From: an uncultured Faecalibacterium sp.
Lineage (GTDB): Bacteria; Bacillota; Clostridia; Oscillospirales; Ruminococcaceae
DNA length: 64,000 nucleotides
Assembly (NCBI GenBank): GCA_934525845.1
Contig: CAKSZS010000002.1
Span: 29,265 to 93,264, forward strand
Direction: 5' to 3'
The stretch's first letter is position 1. Every line of letters starts with the position of its first letter. The translations under genes were made by a program, and so were the position numbers. Of this stretch, positions 55,871-64,000 are shown in pieces. Under the pieces are notes generated by a model, which ran no database searches, was not told where the DNA came from, and worked only from the letters and a program-made list of their open reading frames with translations.

Positions 55871-56752
55871 ATGGAGTATCAAGAACAGTATCAGGCATAT
55901 CTTGCGCAGGCAATGACTGCGCTGGATGCGGCCTGCGCGCGGTTTCTGCCGGAGACTTCGGAGGTCTGCCGCGCAGCCCGCTACAGTTTGCTGGGCGGCG
56001 GAAAGCGCATCCGCGCGGTGCTGGTGCTCAGCGTCTGTGAAATGCTGGGCGGAGACCTGCAGGCGGCGCAGGCGTTTGCGGCAGCTGTGGAAATGCTGCA
56101 TTGCTACTCGCTGATCCACGACGATCTGCCCTGTATGGACAACGATGACCTGCGCCGGGGCCGCCCCTCCTGCCACAAGGCATTTGGTGAAGCGACGGCC
56201 ATGCTGGCCGGGGATGTACTGCTGACCGAGGCCTTTGAGGTGATCGCAAATGCACCGGCCGCACCGCAGGCCTGTGTGCGTGCCGCACGCGCATTGGGCG
56301 CCGGTGCCGGCAGCTGCGGCATGGTCTACGGGCAGGAGCTGGATCTGAAGTACGAGGCGCTGGCCGCTTCTGAAGAACAGCTCCGGCAGATCCATCGCAA
56401 TAAGACCGGTGCGCTGATCAACGCAGCGGTGCAGATGGGCGCGGCTGCCGCAGACGCCGACCCCCGGCAGTGCGAGGCGCTGGAGGCCTACGCCTATGGG
56501 CTGGGACTTGTGTTCCAGATCGTGGACGATGTGCTGGATGTGACCAGCACACCGGAGCAGCTGGGCAAGCCCATTGGCAGCGATGCCGAAAACGGCAAAA
56601 CGACCTTTGTGACCCTGTACGGCGTGCAGGGAGCCATGGAGCTGGCACGGAAGATCAACGAAGAGACCTGCCGCGCCCTGCAGATGCATTTCGGCGAAAA
56701 AGCGGCGTTTCTGCAGGCCATGGCACAGCAACTTCTGACCCGTAAAAATTAA
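55871..56752 (+). CDS. ispA: polyprenyl (farnesyl/geranylgeranyl) diphosphate synthase
   Basis: First aspartate-rich motif IHDDLPCMDNDDLRRG and second aspartate-rich motif FQIVDDVLD. Confidence 0.85.
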   Translation: MEYQEQYQAYLAQAMTALDAACARFLPETSEVCRAARYSLLGGGKRIRAVLVLSVCEMLGGDLQAAQAFAAAVEMLHCYSLIHDDLPCMDNDDLRRGRPSCHKAFGEATAMLAGDVLLTEAFEVIANAPAAPQACVRAARALGAGAGSCGMVYGQELDLKYEALAASEEQLRQIHRNKTGALINAAVQMGAAAADADPRQCEALEAYAYGLGLVFQIVDDVLDVTSTPEQLGKPIGSDAENGKTTFVTLYGVQGAMELARKINEETCRALQMHFGEKAAFLQAMAQQLLTRKN

Positions 56753-56776
56753 AACGAATGAAAAAGGGGACCAACG

Positions 56777-57244
56777 ATGCAGTTGATTCATGCGATTTTT
56801 TCCTTCAATCAGATCCTGACCATTTCGCTTCTGAGCTGGTTTGTGGCACAGGTACTGAAAACCATCATCAATTTCATTCTTCTGGGCAAATTCCAGCTGG
56901 AACGGATGTGGGGCGACGGCGGAATGCCCAGTGCACACAGTGCAACCGTGTGCGCCATGGCCATTGCCACCGGCCGGTGTGAAGGCGTTCACTCGGCCAT
57001 TTTTGCGGTGGCGTGTGTGGTCGCCATCATCACCATGCACGATGCCATGGGCGTCCGGCACGAGACCGGCGAGCAGGCCAAGGTGCTGAACCAGATGATC
57101 GCACAGTGGATCGATGTCAGCGAGAAAAATGCTCCGTTCCTGCAGAATATGCATCTGAAAGAGATGGTCGGCCATACGCCGCTGCAGGTCGTGGCCGGCG
57201 TACTGGTCGGTGCTGCTGTGGGCTTTCTGTTCCCCATCGGATGA
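56777..57244 (+). CDS. divergent PAP2 / DUF212 (YuiD-like) membrane protein
   Basis: GGMPSAHSA motif in a 155-aa membrane protein. Confidence 0.65.
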   Translation: MQLIHAIFSFNQILTISLLSWFVAQVLKTIINFILLGKFQLERMWGDGGMPSAHSATVCAMAIATGRCEGVHSAIFAVACVVAIITMHDAMGVRHETGEQAKVLNQMIAQWIDVSEKNAPFLQNMHLKEMVGHTPLQVVAGVLVGAAVGFLFPIG

Positions 57245-57306
57245 CCGGACACAGGTCAAATCAAGCAACGCGGCTGCCCACAGGCCGCAAAAGGACGTGT
57301 GACGTT

Positions 57307-59205
57307 ATGAACTCGTGGCTGTTGGACAACATCGATCAACCCAGCGATCTGAAAAAACTCACTTCCGCGCAGGTGGTGCAGCTCTGCGCGGAGATCCGGC
57401 AGTTTCTTCTGCGGAATATTTCAAGGACGGGCGGACATCTTGCCTCCAACCTCGGCACGGTCGAGCTGACCGTTGCGCTGCACCGGGTGCTGGAGACCCC
57501 GCGGGACAAGATCGTTTTTGATGTGGGGCATCAGTGCTATACCCACAAGATCCTGACCGGACGCCGCAAGGGCTTCGAGAAGCTCCGGCAGCTGGATGGT
57601 CTGTCCGGCTTTCCGAACCCGACCGAAAGTGTGCACGATGCCTTCATTGCAGGGCACGGCAATACCGCGCTCTCGCTGGCCATCGGAATGGCCTGGGCGA
57701 AAAAGCTGAACCACGAATCCGGGCTGGTGGCCGCAGTGATCGGCGACGGCGCTTTTACGGGCGGCATGGTCTACGAGGGCATGAACAACATTGACGAGCT
57801 GGACAACCTGCTGGTGATCCTGAATGACAACAAGATGTCCATCTCGAAAAATGTAGGGGCACTCGCCCGGTATCTGACCCATCTGCGCACCACGACTGCC
57901 TACTTTGATGCCAAGGACAATGTGCGGAGCTTTTTGGATCATGTGCCGGTCGTAGGAAAGCCAATGAAAGACTTTCTTACGGAAGGCAAGACCCTGATCC
58001 GGCGTGCCATGTACCATTCGACCATGTTTGAGGATATGGGATTTCAGTACATCGGCCCTGTGGACGGCCACAATGTGGAAGAGCTGGAACGCACCCTGCG
58101 GACGATCACCCAGCGGCCCGGGCCGCACTTCCTTCATGTGGTGACCAAAAAGGGGAAAGGGTATCAGCCGGCTGAGATGAATCCCGGCAGTTACCATGGG
58201 GTCTCGGCGTTTGACCCGGACGGGATGCCCGATCCGGAGGTGGCGCCGAAGGAGTCCTTCTCGACGGTCTTCGGGCAGGCGCTGGATGCCGAAGGGGCAC
58301 AGGATCCCAGGATCTGCGCCATTACAGCCGCGATGAAATACGGCACCGGACTGCAGTTCTTTTCCCACAGCCACCCGGAGCGCTTCTTCGATGTCGGCAT
58401 GGCCGAACAGCACGCGGTGACCTTTGCCGCCGGACTGGCCAGCCAGGGAATGCTGCCGGTGGTGTGCATTTACTCTACCTTTCTGCAGCGCTCCTATGAT
58501 CAGATCGTCCATGATGTGAACCTGCTGAAAGAGAACGTGGTCTTTGCCATTGACCGTGCAGGCTTTGTGCCGGCGGACGGGGAGACCCACCAGGGCATCT
58601 ATGACCCCGCCTTCCTCAGCCAGCTGCAGATCCCGCTGTACGCACCGTCCAATTATGCCGAATTGAACTACTGGCTGCATCACCTGCTGGACCCGAAAAT
58701 GCAGGGGCCGCGTGCCATCCGGTATCCCCGCGGCGGGCAGAGCGCTGTGCTGGCACAGTATGGCTGTACCGGCGCGGAATACGACATTTTGAAGAAAACG
58801 CCGGGCGCAGAGGTCGTTCTGGTCAGCTATGCAGACGAAGTGGAAGAGATTTTGCAGGCGGCAGAAAAACTGACGATGCAGCGCATCAAATGCGATGTAG
58901 TGAAGCTTGTAAAGCTGTTTCCCTTTACATCGAATTTTATCGATGCACTGTCAAATTATAAAATCGTGCTGTTTGCCGAAGAATGTGTTGCCATCGGCGG
59001 CATCGGCGAACATCTGGGCTGTGCGCTGCAGCAGGCCGGCTGGACCGGAGACTTTTTGCACCGGGCGGTGCACACCGCCTGCCTGCCCCACGCAACGGTA
59101 CCGCAGATCCGGCAGGCCGTCGGTCTGGATGCCGAACACCTTGCGCAGGACGTCCGGCGCGCAGTTCTGCGCGGGGCGGTCCGGAAAGGAGAAAGAAACG
59201 CATGA
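57307..59205 (+). CDS. dxs: 1-deoxy-D-xylulose-5-phosphate synthase
   Basis: TGGHLASNLG near the N-terminus and the GDG thiamine-diphosphate motif (VIGDGAFTGG). 632 aa. Confidence 0.9.
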   Translation: MNSWLLDNIDQPSDLKKLTSAQVVQLCAEIRQFLLRNISRTGGHLASNLGTVELTVALHRVLETPRDKIVFDVGHQCYTHKILTGRRKGFEKLRQLDGLSGFPNPTESVHDAFIAGHGNTALSLAIGMAWAKKLNHESGLVAAVIGDGAFTGGMVYEGMNNIDELDNLLVILNDNKMSISKNVGALARYLTHLRTTTAYFDAKDNVRSFLDHVPVVGKPMKDFLTEGKTLIRRAMYHSTMFEDMGFQYIGPVDGHNVEELERTLRTITQRPGPHFLHVVTKKGKGYQPAEMNPGSYHGVSAFDPDGMPDPEVAPKESFSTVFGQALDAEGAQDPRICAITAAMKYGTGLQFFSHSHPERFFDVGMAEQHAVTFAAGLASQGMLPVVCIYSTFLQRSYDQIVHDVNLLKENVVFAIDRAGFVPADGETHQGIYDPAFLSQLQIPLYAPSNYAELNYWLHHLLDPKMQGPRAIRYPRGGQSAVLAQYGCTGAEYDILKKTPGAEVVLVSYADEVEEILQAAEKLTMQRIKCDVVKLVKLFPFTSNFIDALSNYKIVLFAEECVAIGGIGEHLGCALQQAGWTGDFLHRAVHTACLPHATVPQIRQAVGLDAEHLAQDVRRAVLRGAVRKGERNA

Positions 59206-60023
59206 AAACAGAAAAAGTAAAAAAGATCCGCTTGGATCAGTACCTGGTGCAGCACGGCCTGCTGCAGAGCCGGGAGCGCGCAAAGTCCATGATCATGGCC
59301 GGCGTGGTGTTTGTCAATGAACAGAAGGTGGACAAGGCCGGCGAGATGATCCCGGAGGACGCAAAGGTCGAAGTGCGGGGCCATGACATCGGGTATGTCA
59401 GCCGCGGCGGACTGAAGCTGGAAAAGGCCATGCAGTGCTTCCCGCTGACACCGCGCGGAAAGGTCTGCATGGACATCGGTGCGTCGACGGGCGGCTTCAC
59501 CGACTGTATGCTGCAGAACGGTGCGGTGAAGGTCTACGCGGTGGACGTCGGCTATGGACAGCTGGCCTGGAGCCTGCGCACGGATGCACGCGTGGTCAAC
59601 ATGGAGCGCACCAACATCCGGGACGTGACGCTGGAGGATCTGGCCGAACCCATTGAATTTTTCAGTGTGGACGTTTCCTTTATTTCGCTCCATCATATTT
59701 TCCCGGTGGCGCAGGCCATCACGACCCCGGATGCCATGGGTGTCTGCCTGGTCAAGCCGCAGTTCGAGGCCGGACGCGAAAAGGTCGGCAAGAACGGTGT
59801 GGTGCGGGATCCCGCCACCCACCGGGAAGTGCTGCACAATGCCATGGGCTATGCAGCAGCAAACGGTTTTGCGGTGCGCGGACTGGATTTCAGCCCCGTC
59901 AAAGGCCCGGAAGGCAACATTGAATATCTGATGTTCGTGCAGAAGAGCGATGCGCCGGCTGTGCTGGAGGATGCAGTTGCCGCACAGGTGGTGGAAGCAA
60001 GCCATACCTCGCTGGACCGCTGA
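59202..60023 (+). CDS. tlyA: TlyA-family rRNA 2'-O-methyltransferase (S4 domain + FtsJ-like MTase)
   Basis: N-terminal S4 region RLDQYLV. MTase motif CMDIGASTGGFTDCML. Confidence 0.8.
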   Translation: MKTEKVKKIRLDQYLVQHGLLQSRERAKSMIMAGVVFVNEQKVDKAGEMIPEDAKVEVRGHDIGYVSRGGLKLEKAMQCFPLTPRGKVCMDIGASTGGFTDCMLQNGAVKVYAVDVGYGQLAWSLRTDARVVNMERTNIRDVTLEDLAEPIEFFSVDVSFISLHHIFPVAQAITTPDAMGVCLVKPQFEAGREKVGKNGVVRDPATHREVLHNAMGYAAANGFAVRGLDFSPVKGPEGNIEYLMFVQKSDAPAVLEDAVAAQVVEASHTSLDR

Positions 60024-60071
60024 GTTCCGGCACATCCGCTGCACAAAACCAAAAAGAAAGGGACGGACGGC

Positions 60072-60923
60072 ATGACCATCTATATCTCCCCGAATCCCGG
60101 AAAGATCTCCGGCAGCGAGATCGCGCTTCGCGCCGCACAGATCCTGCTGACCCAGGGGGCACAGGTCCTCATGTGCGATGCACTGCGCGGAAGCTGCAGC
60201 ACCATGGGGGTGGACTACCTGCCCCTGGAAGAGTGCCTGAAGCGCGCCGACGTGATCCTGACCATCGGCGGGGACGGCACGATCCTGCATGAGGCAAATC
60301 TGTCGCTCCGGTATTCCAAGCCGATCCTGGGCATCAACCTGGGGCGGTGCGGTTTTCTGGCCACCTGCGAGGTGGGGGAAATGGAGACCAAGCTGTCGGC
60401 TGTGGCGCGCGGAGAGTTCCAGTTGGACAACCGGATGCTTCTTTATGCGCACATCCTCGGCAATGATGGCTGGGAGGGTCATGCCCTCAACGATGTGGTC
60501 GTGACCAAGGGACGGCTGCAGCAGGCCATTGATTTCAGCATTTACTGCGATGATATTCTGGTGGAGCACTACCGCGGAGACGGCGTGATCGTTGCGACCC
60601 CCACCGGTTCCACGGCATATTCCCTTGCAGCAGGCGGCCCGATCCTGGACTCGCAGACAAAGGGTGTCGTGGTCACGCCCATCTGTCCGCACAGTCTGGC
60701 CAGCCCGGCCATGGTTTTTGCACAGGAGCGGAAACTGAACGTCTGCGTAGGGCAGGTGGCGGATGACGAAGTATTCATCAGCTGTGACGGTGCGGCGGGC
60801 TATCCGCTCCGGGCGGGCGCGACCGCAGAGATCCGCCTTTCGGATCAGGTCGTAAAGCTGATCACGTTTGGAAAGGCCGACCAGTTTCAGGCCATCGATC
60901 AGAAACTGCGCAGCAGACGATAA
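60072..60923 (+). CDS. nadK: NAD kinase
   Basis: GGDGT motif (LTIGGDGTILH) and NDVVV motif. Confidence 0.85.
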   Translation: MTIYISPNPGKISGSEIALRAAQILLTQGAQVLMCDALRGSCSTMGVDYLPLEECLKRADVILTIGGDGTILHEANLSLRYSKPILGINLGRCGFLATCEVGEMETKLSAVARGEFQLDNRMLLYAHILGNDGWEGHALNDVVVTKGRLQQAIDFSIYCDDILVEHYRGDGVIVATPTGSTAYSLAAGGPILDSQTKGVVVTPICPHSLASPAMVFAQERKLNVCVGQVADDEVFISCDGAAGYPLRAGATAEIRLSDQVVKLITFGKADQFQAIDQKLRSRR

Positions 60924-60940
60924 GAGGGAAGGTATTTTTT

Positions 60941-61429
60941 ATGGCACGCAACCGGAAAGAAGACAGCAAAAGCAAAAGCGACCGCCAGCAGGCCATTCTG
61001 CGGCTGGTGCAGGAAAACCCCATCAGCCGCCAGGAAGTTCTGCTGGAACATCTGCGGCAGGAGGGCTTCGAGGTCACGCAGGCGACCATCTCCCGGGACA
61101 TCCGGGAACTGTGTCTGGTCAAGGCGGCCACCGCAGAGGGCTACCGCTATGTTTCCAGCCGGAATGAAAGCTTCAACCCCAAGACCCAGAGCCGTTTTGA
61201 GACGATCTTCCACGAGTCCGTTCTGGGGGTGGATTATGCCGGCCATGTGGTCCTGGTCAAATGCTATTCGGGCATGGCCAATGCGGCCTGCGAGGTTTTT
61301 GACGCTTTGCAGTGGAAAAATGTGGTTGGGACCCTTTCCGGCGATGATACGTTCCTGATCGTTGCACGCTCCGAGCGGGACGCCAAGACCATCTGTTCCG
61401 AGCTGACCCGGCACATCGGACAAAAATAA
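60941..61429 (+). CDS. argR: arginine repressor
   Basis: N-terminal winged helix (RQQAILRLVQENPISRQEVLLEHL, QATISRDIREL) and a C-terminal oligomerisation domain. Confidence 0.85.
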   Translation: MARNRKEDSKSKSDRQQAILRLVQENPISRQEVLLEHLRQEGFEVTQATISRDIRELCLVKAATAEGYRYVSSRNESFNPKTQSRFETIFHESVLGVDYAGHVVLVKCYSGMANAACEVFDALQWKNVVGTLSGDDTFLIVARSERDAKTICSELTRHIGQK

Positions 61430-61447
61430 CGCGGGAGAGAAAAAACC

Positions 61448-63127
61448 ATGTTAAGCAGCCTGCAAATTGAAAATGTTGCTGTCATCCAGAAGGCGGAAGT
61501 GCACTTCCAGCCGGGGCTGAACGTTCTGACCGGCGAGACGGGTGCAGGCAAATCCATTCTGATCGACTCCATCAACGCCATTCTGGGAAGCCGGACGTCC
61601 CGCGACCTTGTGCGGACAGGCGCCCCGAAAGCGGTGATCCGGGCGGCGTTTGATCAGGTGCCCGCTTTTGTACAGGACCGCTTGGAAAAAGCCGGCTATG
61701 AGCGCTCGGACGCGCTGCTGCTCAGCCGGGAGATCACCGCCGAGGGAAAAAGCAGCTGCCGCATCAATGGGATGCCGGCCACGGCATCTGTCCTGCGGGA
61801 TCTGTGCGCCGGACTGATCAACATCAACGGCCAGCACGATTCCGTCGGCCTGCTGAACCCGGCGCACCACCTTGCCATTCTGGACGACTACGCGCAGAAC
61901 CGTGCAGTCTATCAGGAGTATTATACGCTGTATCGTGAACTGGTTGCCGTAAAAAAAGAGCTGGATGCCATGATCACGGACGAAGCGGAAAAGCAGCGGC
62001 GGATCGACCTGCTGAGCTATCAGGTGCAGGAGATCGAGAACGCCGCCCTGACAGCCGGAGAAGAGCAAACGCTGGAAAGCCGCCGCAAGGTGCTGGCCAA
62101 TGCGTCCACCATCCGGGATCGGATCGCCAAAGCTTACGCGCTGCTGTCCGGTGATGATGAAACGCCCGGCGCCATTGACCTGCTGGGCGAGGCTTCCAAT
62201 GCGGCGGATACTGCGGCGCAGCTGGACGATACCCTTTCCGGCGTATCCGGGCAGCTGATGGATCTGTATTACGCGGCCAAGGATGCTTCGGCTGAGTTGA
62301 TCGACCGGCTGGACTCCTATGATACCAATGACGCAGAGCTGGATGAGATCGAGCAGCGGCTGGATCTGCTGTACAAACTCAAACGGAAATACGGCGATAC
62401 GGTGGAGGACATCATTGTGTTCGGGCAGAAAGCACGGGAAGAACTGGAACGAATCCAGTCTTCGGACGAGCGTCAGAGCCATCTGCAGGCGGAAAAACTG
62501 CGTCTGTACAGGCTTGCCCGCGAAAAAGCGGAGGCACTGACCCAGACCCGGCTGAAAGCCTTTGAAGAGCTGAACCGGCGCATCTCCGGCACGCTGGATT
62601 TTCTGAATATGCCGGGGGTCCGCATGACCCTGCAGCATACCCGCGGGCCTCTGGCCAGCCACGGGCAGGACGGCATTGAGTTCTATATTTCCACCAACCC
62701 CGGGGAAGCACCCAAACCTCTGGCCAAGATCGCTTCCGGTGGTGAACTGAGCCGCATTACGCTGGCCATCAAGAATGCCATGGCGGACAAGGATTCCGTA
62801 CCGACCGTGATCTACGATGAGATCGACAGCGGTGTGTCCGGCAAGGCGGCCGGGCGCATCGGAGAAGTCCTGCGCCAGAGTGCACAGGGGCATCAGATCC
62901 TCTGCATCACGCACACAGCGCAGATCGCGGCGCTGGCAGACTGTCATCTGCTGATCCAGAAAAACATCTCGAACGAACGTACCTATACGGAGATCCATCC
63001 GCTGGATGAACCCGGCCGGGTGGAGGCGCTGGCGCGGCTGATCTCGGGCGACCATGTGACGGAACTTTCCCGTGCCAACGCCCGGGAAATGCTGGAAGGC
63101 TGCCGCAATGCGCCCTGCGCTTTTTAA
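61448..63127 (+). CDS. recN: DNA repair protein RecN
   Basis: Begins MLSSLQIENVAVI. Walker A GETGAGKS. Long coiled-coil middle region. C-terminal SGGE signature. Confidence 0.9.
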   Translation: MLSSLQIENVAVIQKAEVHFQPGLNVLTGETGAGKSILIDSINAILGSRTSRDLVRTGAPKAVIRAAFDQVPAFVQDRLEKAGYERSDALLLSREITAEGKSSCRINGMPATASVLRDLCAGLININGQHDSVGLLNPAHHLAILDDYAQNRAVYQEYYTLYRELVAVKKELDAMITDEAEKQRRIDLLSYQVQEIENAALTAGEEQTLESRRKVLANASTIRDRIAKAYALLSGDDETPGAIDLLGEASNAADTAAQLDDTLSGVSGQLMDLYYAAKDASAELIDRLDSYDTNDAELDEIEQRLDLLYKLKRKYGDTVEDIIVFGQKAREELERIQSSDERQSHLQAEKLRLYRLAREKAEALTQTRLKAFEELNRRISGTLDFLNMPGVRMTLQHTRGPLASHGQDGIEFYISTNPGEAPKPLAKIASGGELSRITLAIKNAMADKDSVPTVIYDEIDSGVSGKAAGRIGEVLRQSAQGHQILCITHTAQIAALADCHLLIQKNISNERTYTEIHPLDEPGRVEALARLISGDHVTELSRANAREMLEGCRNAPCAF

Positions 63128-63151
63128 GGCACTTTCCACTGCGGAATGGGC

Positions 63152-63480
63152 TTGACAAGACCGTTTCCTTGTGATAAAGTAACTGTTGTGAATGGCGATG
63201 AAGGGAACAAGTATCCTGTCCGCATTCTGCTCAGAGAAACCCCGGTTGGTGAAAGGGGCTGCAGAACAGCAGGAGAAATACCTCCCGGAGCTGCAGGCTG
63301 AACGTTCTGACCAGTAGGCCGTGCCGCGTGCGAGCGTTACAAACGCAGGAGTGTCACTCTACTCTGGGGTGTGCACTCGTGAGGCCGTTTCCGTGAGGGG
63401 GCGGCAAACAGAGGTGGTACCGCGATTTTCTCGCCCTCTGCCAAATTCAGGTTTGGCAGAGGGTGTTTTTGTTTCCTCTG
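63152..63480 (+). ncRNA. tyrS promoter (TTGACA-17-TAAAGT) plus T-box riboswitch leader with terminator/antiterminator
   Basis: T-box sequence GAGGTGGTACCGCG at 63411-63424. Terminator CGCCCTCTGCCAAAttcaggTTTGGCAGAGGGTGTTTTTGTTT at 63433-63476. Confidence 0.65.
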
Positions 63481-63504
63481 CCCACAAAACAGGAGGATAT
63501 TTCC

Positions 63505-64000
63505 ATGACTTTGTACGAAGAACTCCAGGCACGCGGTCTGGTCGCCCAGATCACCGATGAGGAGATCATTGATCTGATCAACAACGGCAAGGCGACCTTC
63601 TACATCGGCTTTGACTGCACCGCCGACAGCCTGACCGCCGGCCACTTTATGGCTCTGACCCTGATGAAGCGTCTGCAGATGGCCGGCAACAAGCCCATTG
63701 CCCTGATCGGCGGCGGCACCACCATGATCGGTGACCCTTCCGGCCGTACCGATATGCGCAAGATGCTGACCAAGGAAGACATTGCCCACAATGCCGCCTG
63801 CTTCAAGAAGCAGATGGAAAAGTTCATCGACTTCTCGGAAGGCAAGGCGCTGATGCTGAACAACGCCGACTGGCTGCTGAATCTGAATTATGTGGAACTG
63901 CTGCGCGATGTGGGCGCCTGCTTCTCGGTCAACAATATGCTGCGCGCCAAGTGCTACGAGCAGCGGATGGAGAAGGGCCTGTCCTTCCTGGAATTCAACT
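63505..64000 (+). CDS. tyrS: tyrosyl-tRNA synthetase, 5' part (continues beyond window)
   Basis: [13 protein letters not shown] ... HIGH-class motif region ([13 protein letters not shown]). AGGAGG RBS. The ORF runs to the window edge. Confidence 0.85.
   Translation, partial: MTLYEELQARGLVAQITDEEIIDLINNGKATFYIGFDCTADSLTAGHFMALTLMKRLQMAGNKPIALIGGGTTMIGDPSGRTDMRKMLTKEDIAHNAACFKKQMEKFIDFSEGKALMLNNADWLLNLNYVELLRDVGACFSVNNMLRAKCYEQRMEKGLSFLEFN

Overview
This window looks like a high-GC (~60%) spore-forming Clostridia chromosome, most likely Oscillospiraceae/Ruminococcaceae-like, and it splits into two parts. Bases 1 to ~33200 hold the right-hand ~33 kb of a siphovirus-type prophage. It is transcribed mostly on the minus strand and is integrated next to a tRNA-Leu(GAG) gene. 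Reading from the integrase end, the prophage carries these modules: integrase, CI/Cro-like switch, Bro-N/KilAC antirepressor, a MazF/PemK-like toxin locus, a replication/recombination block (DUF2800 PD-(D/E)XK nuclease, DUF2815 SSB-like protein, family-A DNA polymerase, Lar-like zinc finger, VirE-type primase, VRR-NUC nuclease, SNF2 helicase), a sigma-r4-like late regulator, DUF4417, two tandem paralogous cassettes each pairing a Gly-rich protein with a Lys-rich small protein, a ParB-nuclease/DNA-methyltransferase fusion, then TerS, TerL, portal, Mu-F-like minor head protein, an inserted accessory island (lipoprotein, nine small plus-strand genes, an XRE regulator), scaffold, major capsid, head-tail joining genes and a putative major tail protein. 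The remaining structural/lysis genes and the second att site lie beyond the left edge of the window. Bases ~33200 to 64000 are host chromosome with conserved Firmicutes synteny: polysaccharide deacetylase, aconitase, PHP phosphoesterase, TSCPD protein, Clp ATPase, DAGK_cat lipid kinase, then ligA, spoIIIAA-AH, Asp23 (yqhY-like), nusB, a Kae1/TsaD-family protein, xseA, xseB, ispA, divergent-PAP2, dxs, tlyA, nadK, argR, recN, and a T-box leader with the start of tyrS. The best candidate for a previously undescribed system sits between the DAGK_cat gene and ligA. It is a translationally coupled operon of three genes: the DAGK_cat lipid kinase, a transglutaminase-like cysteine protease, and an 822-aa protein that combines three zinc ribbons, a Hanks-type Ser/Thr kinase with an atypical catalytic loop, a repeat linker, and a C-terminal TIR domain with the conserved catalytic glutamate. 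Several unusual non-coding features in the prophage are listed in the findings (a triplicated low-GC element, a late-operon motif, a putative origin, and the small-gene array junctions). All calls rest on reading the six-frame translations and the DNA by eye; no database search was possible.
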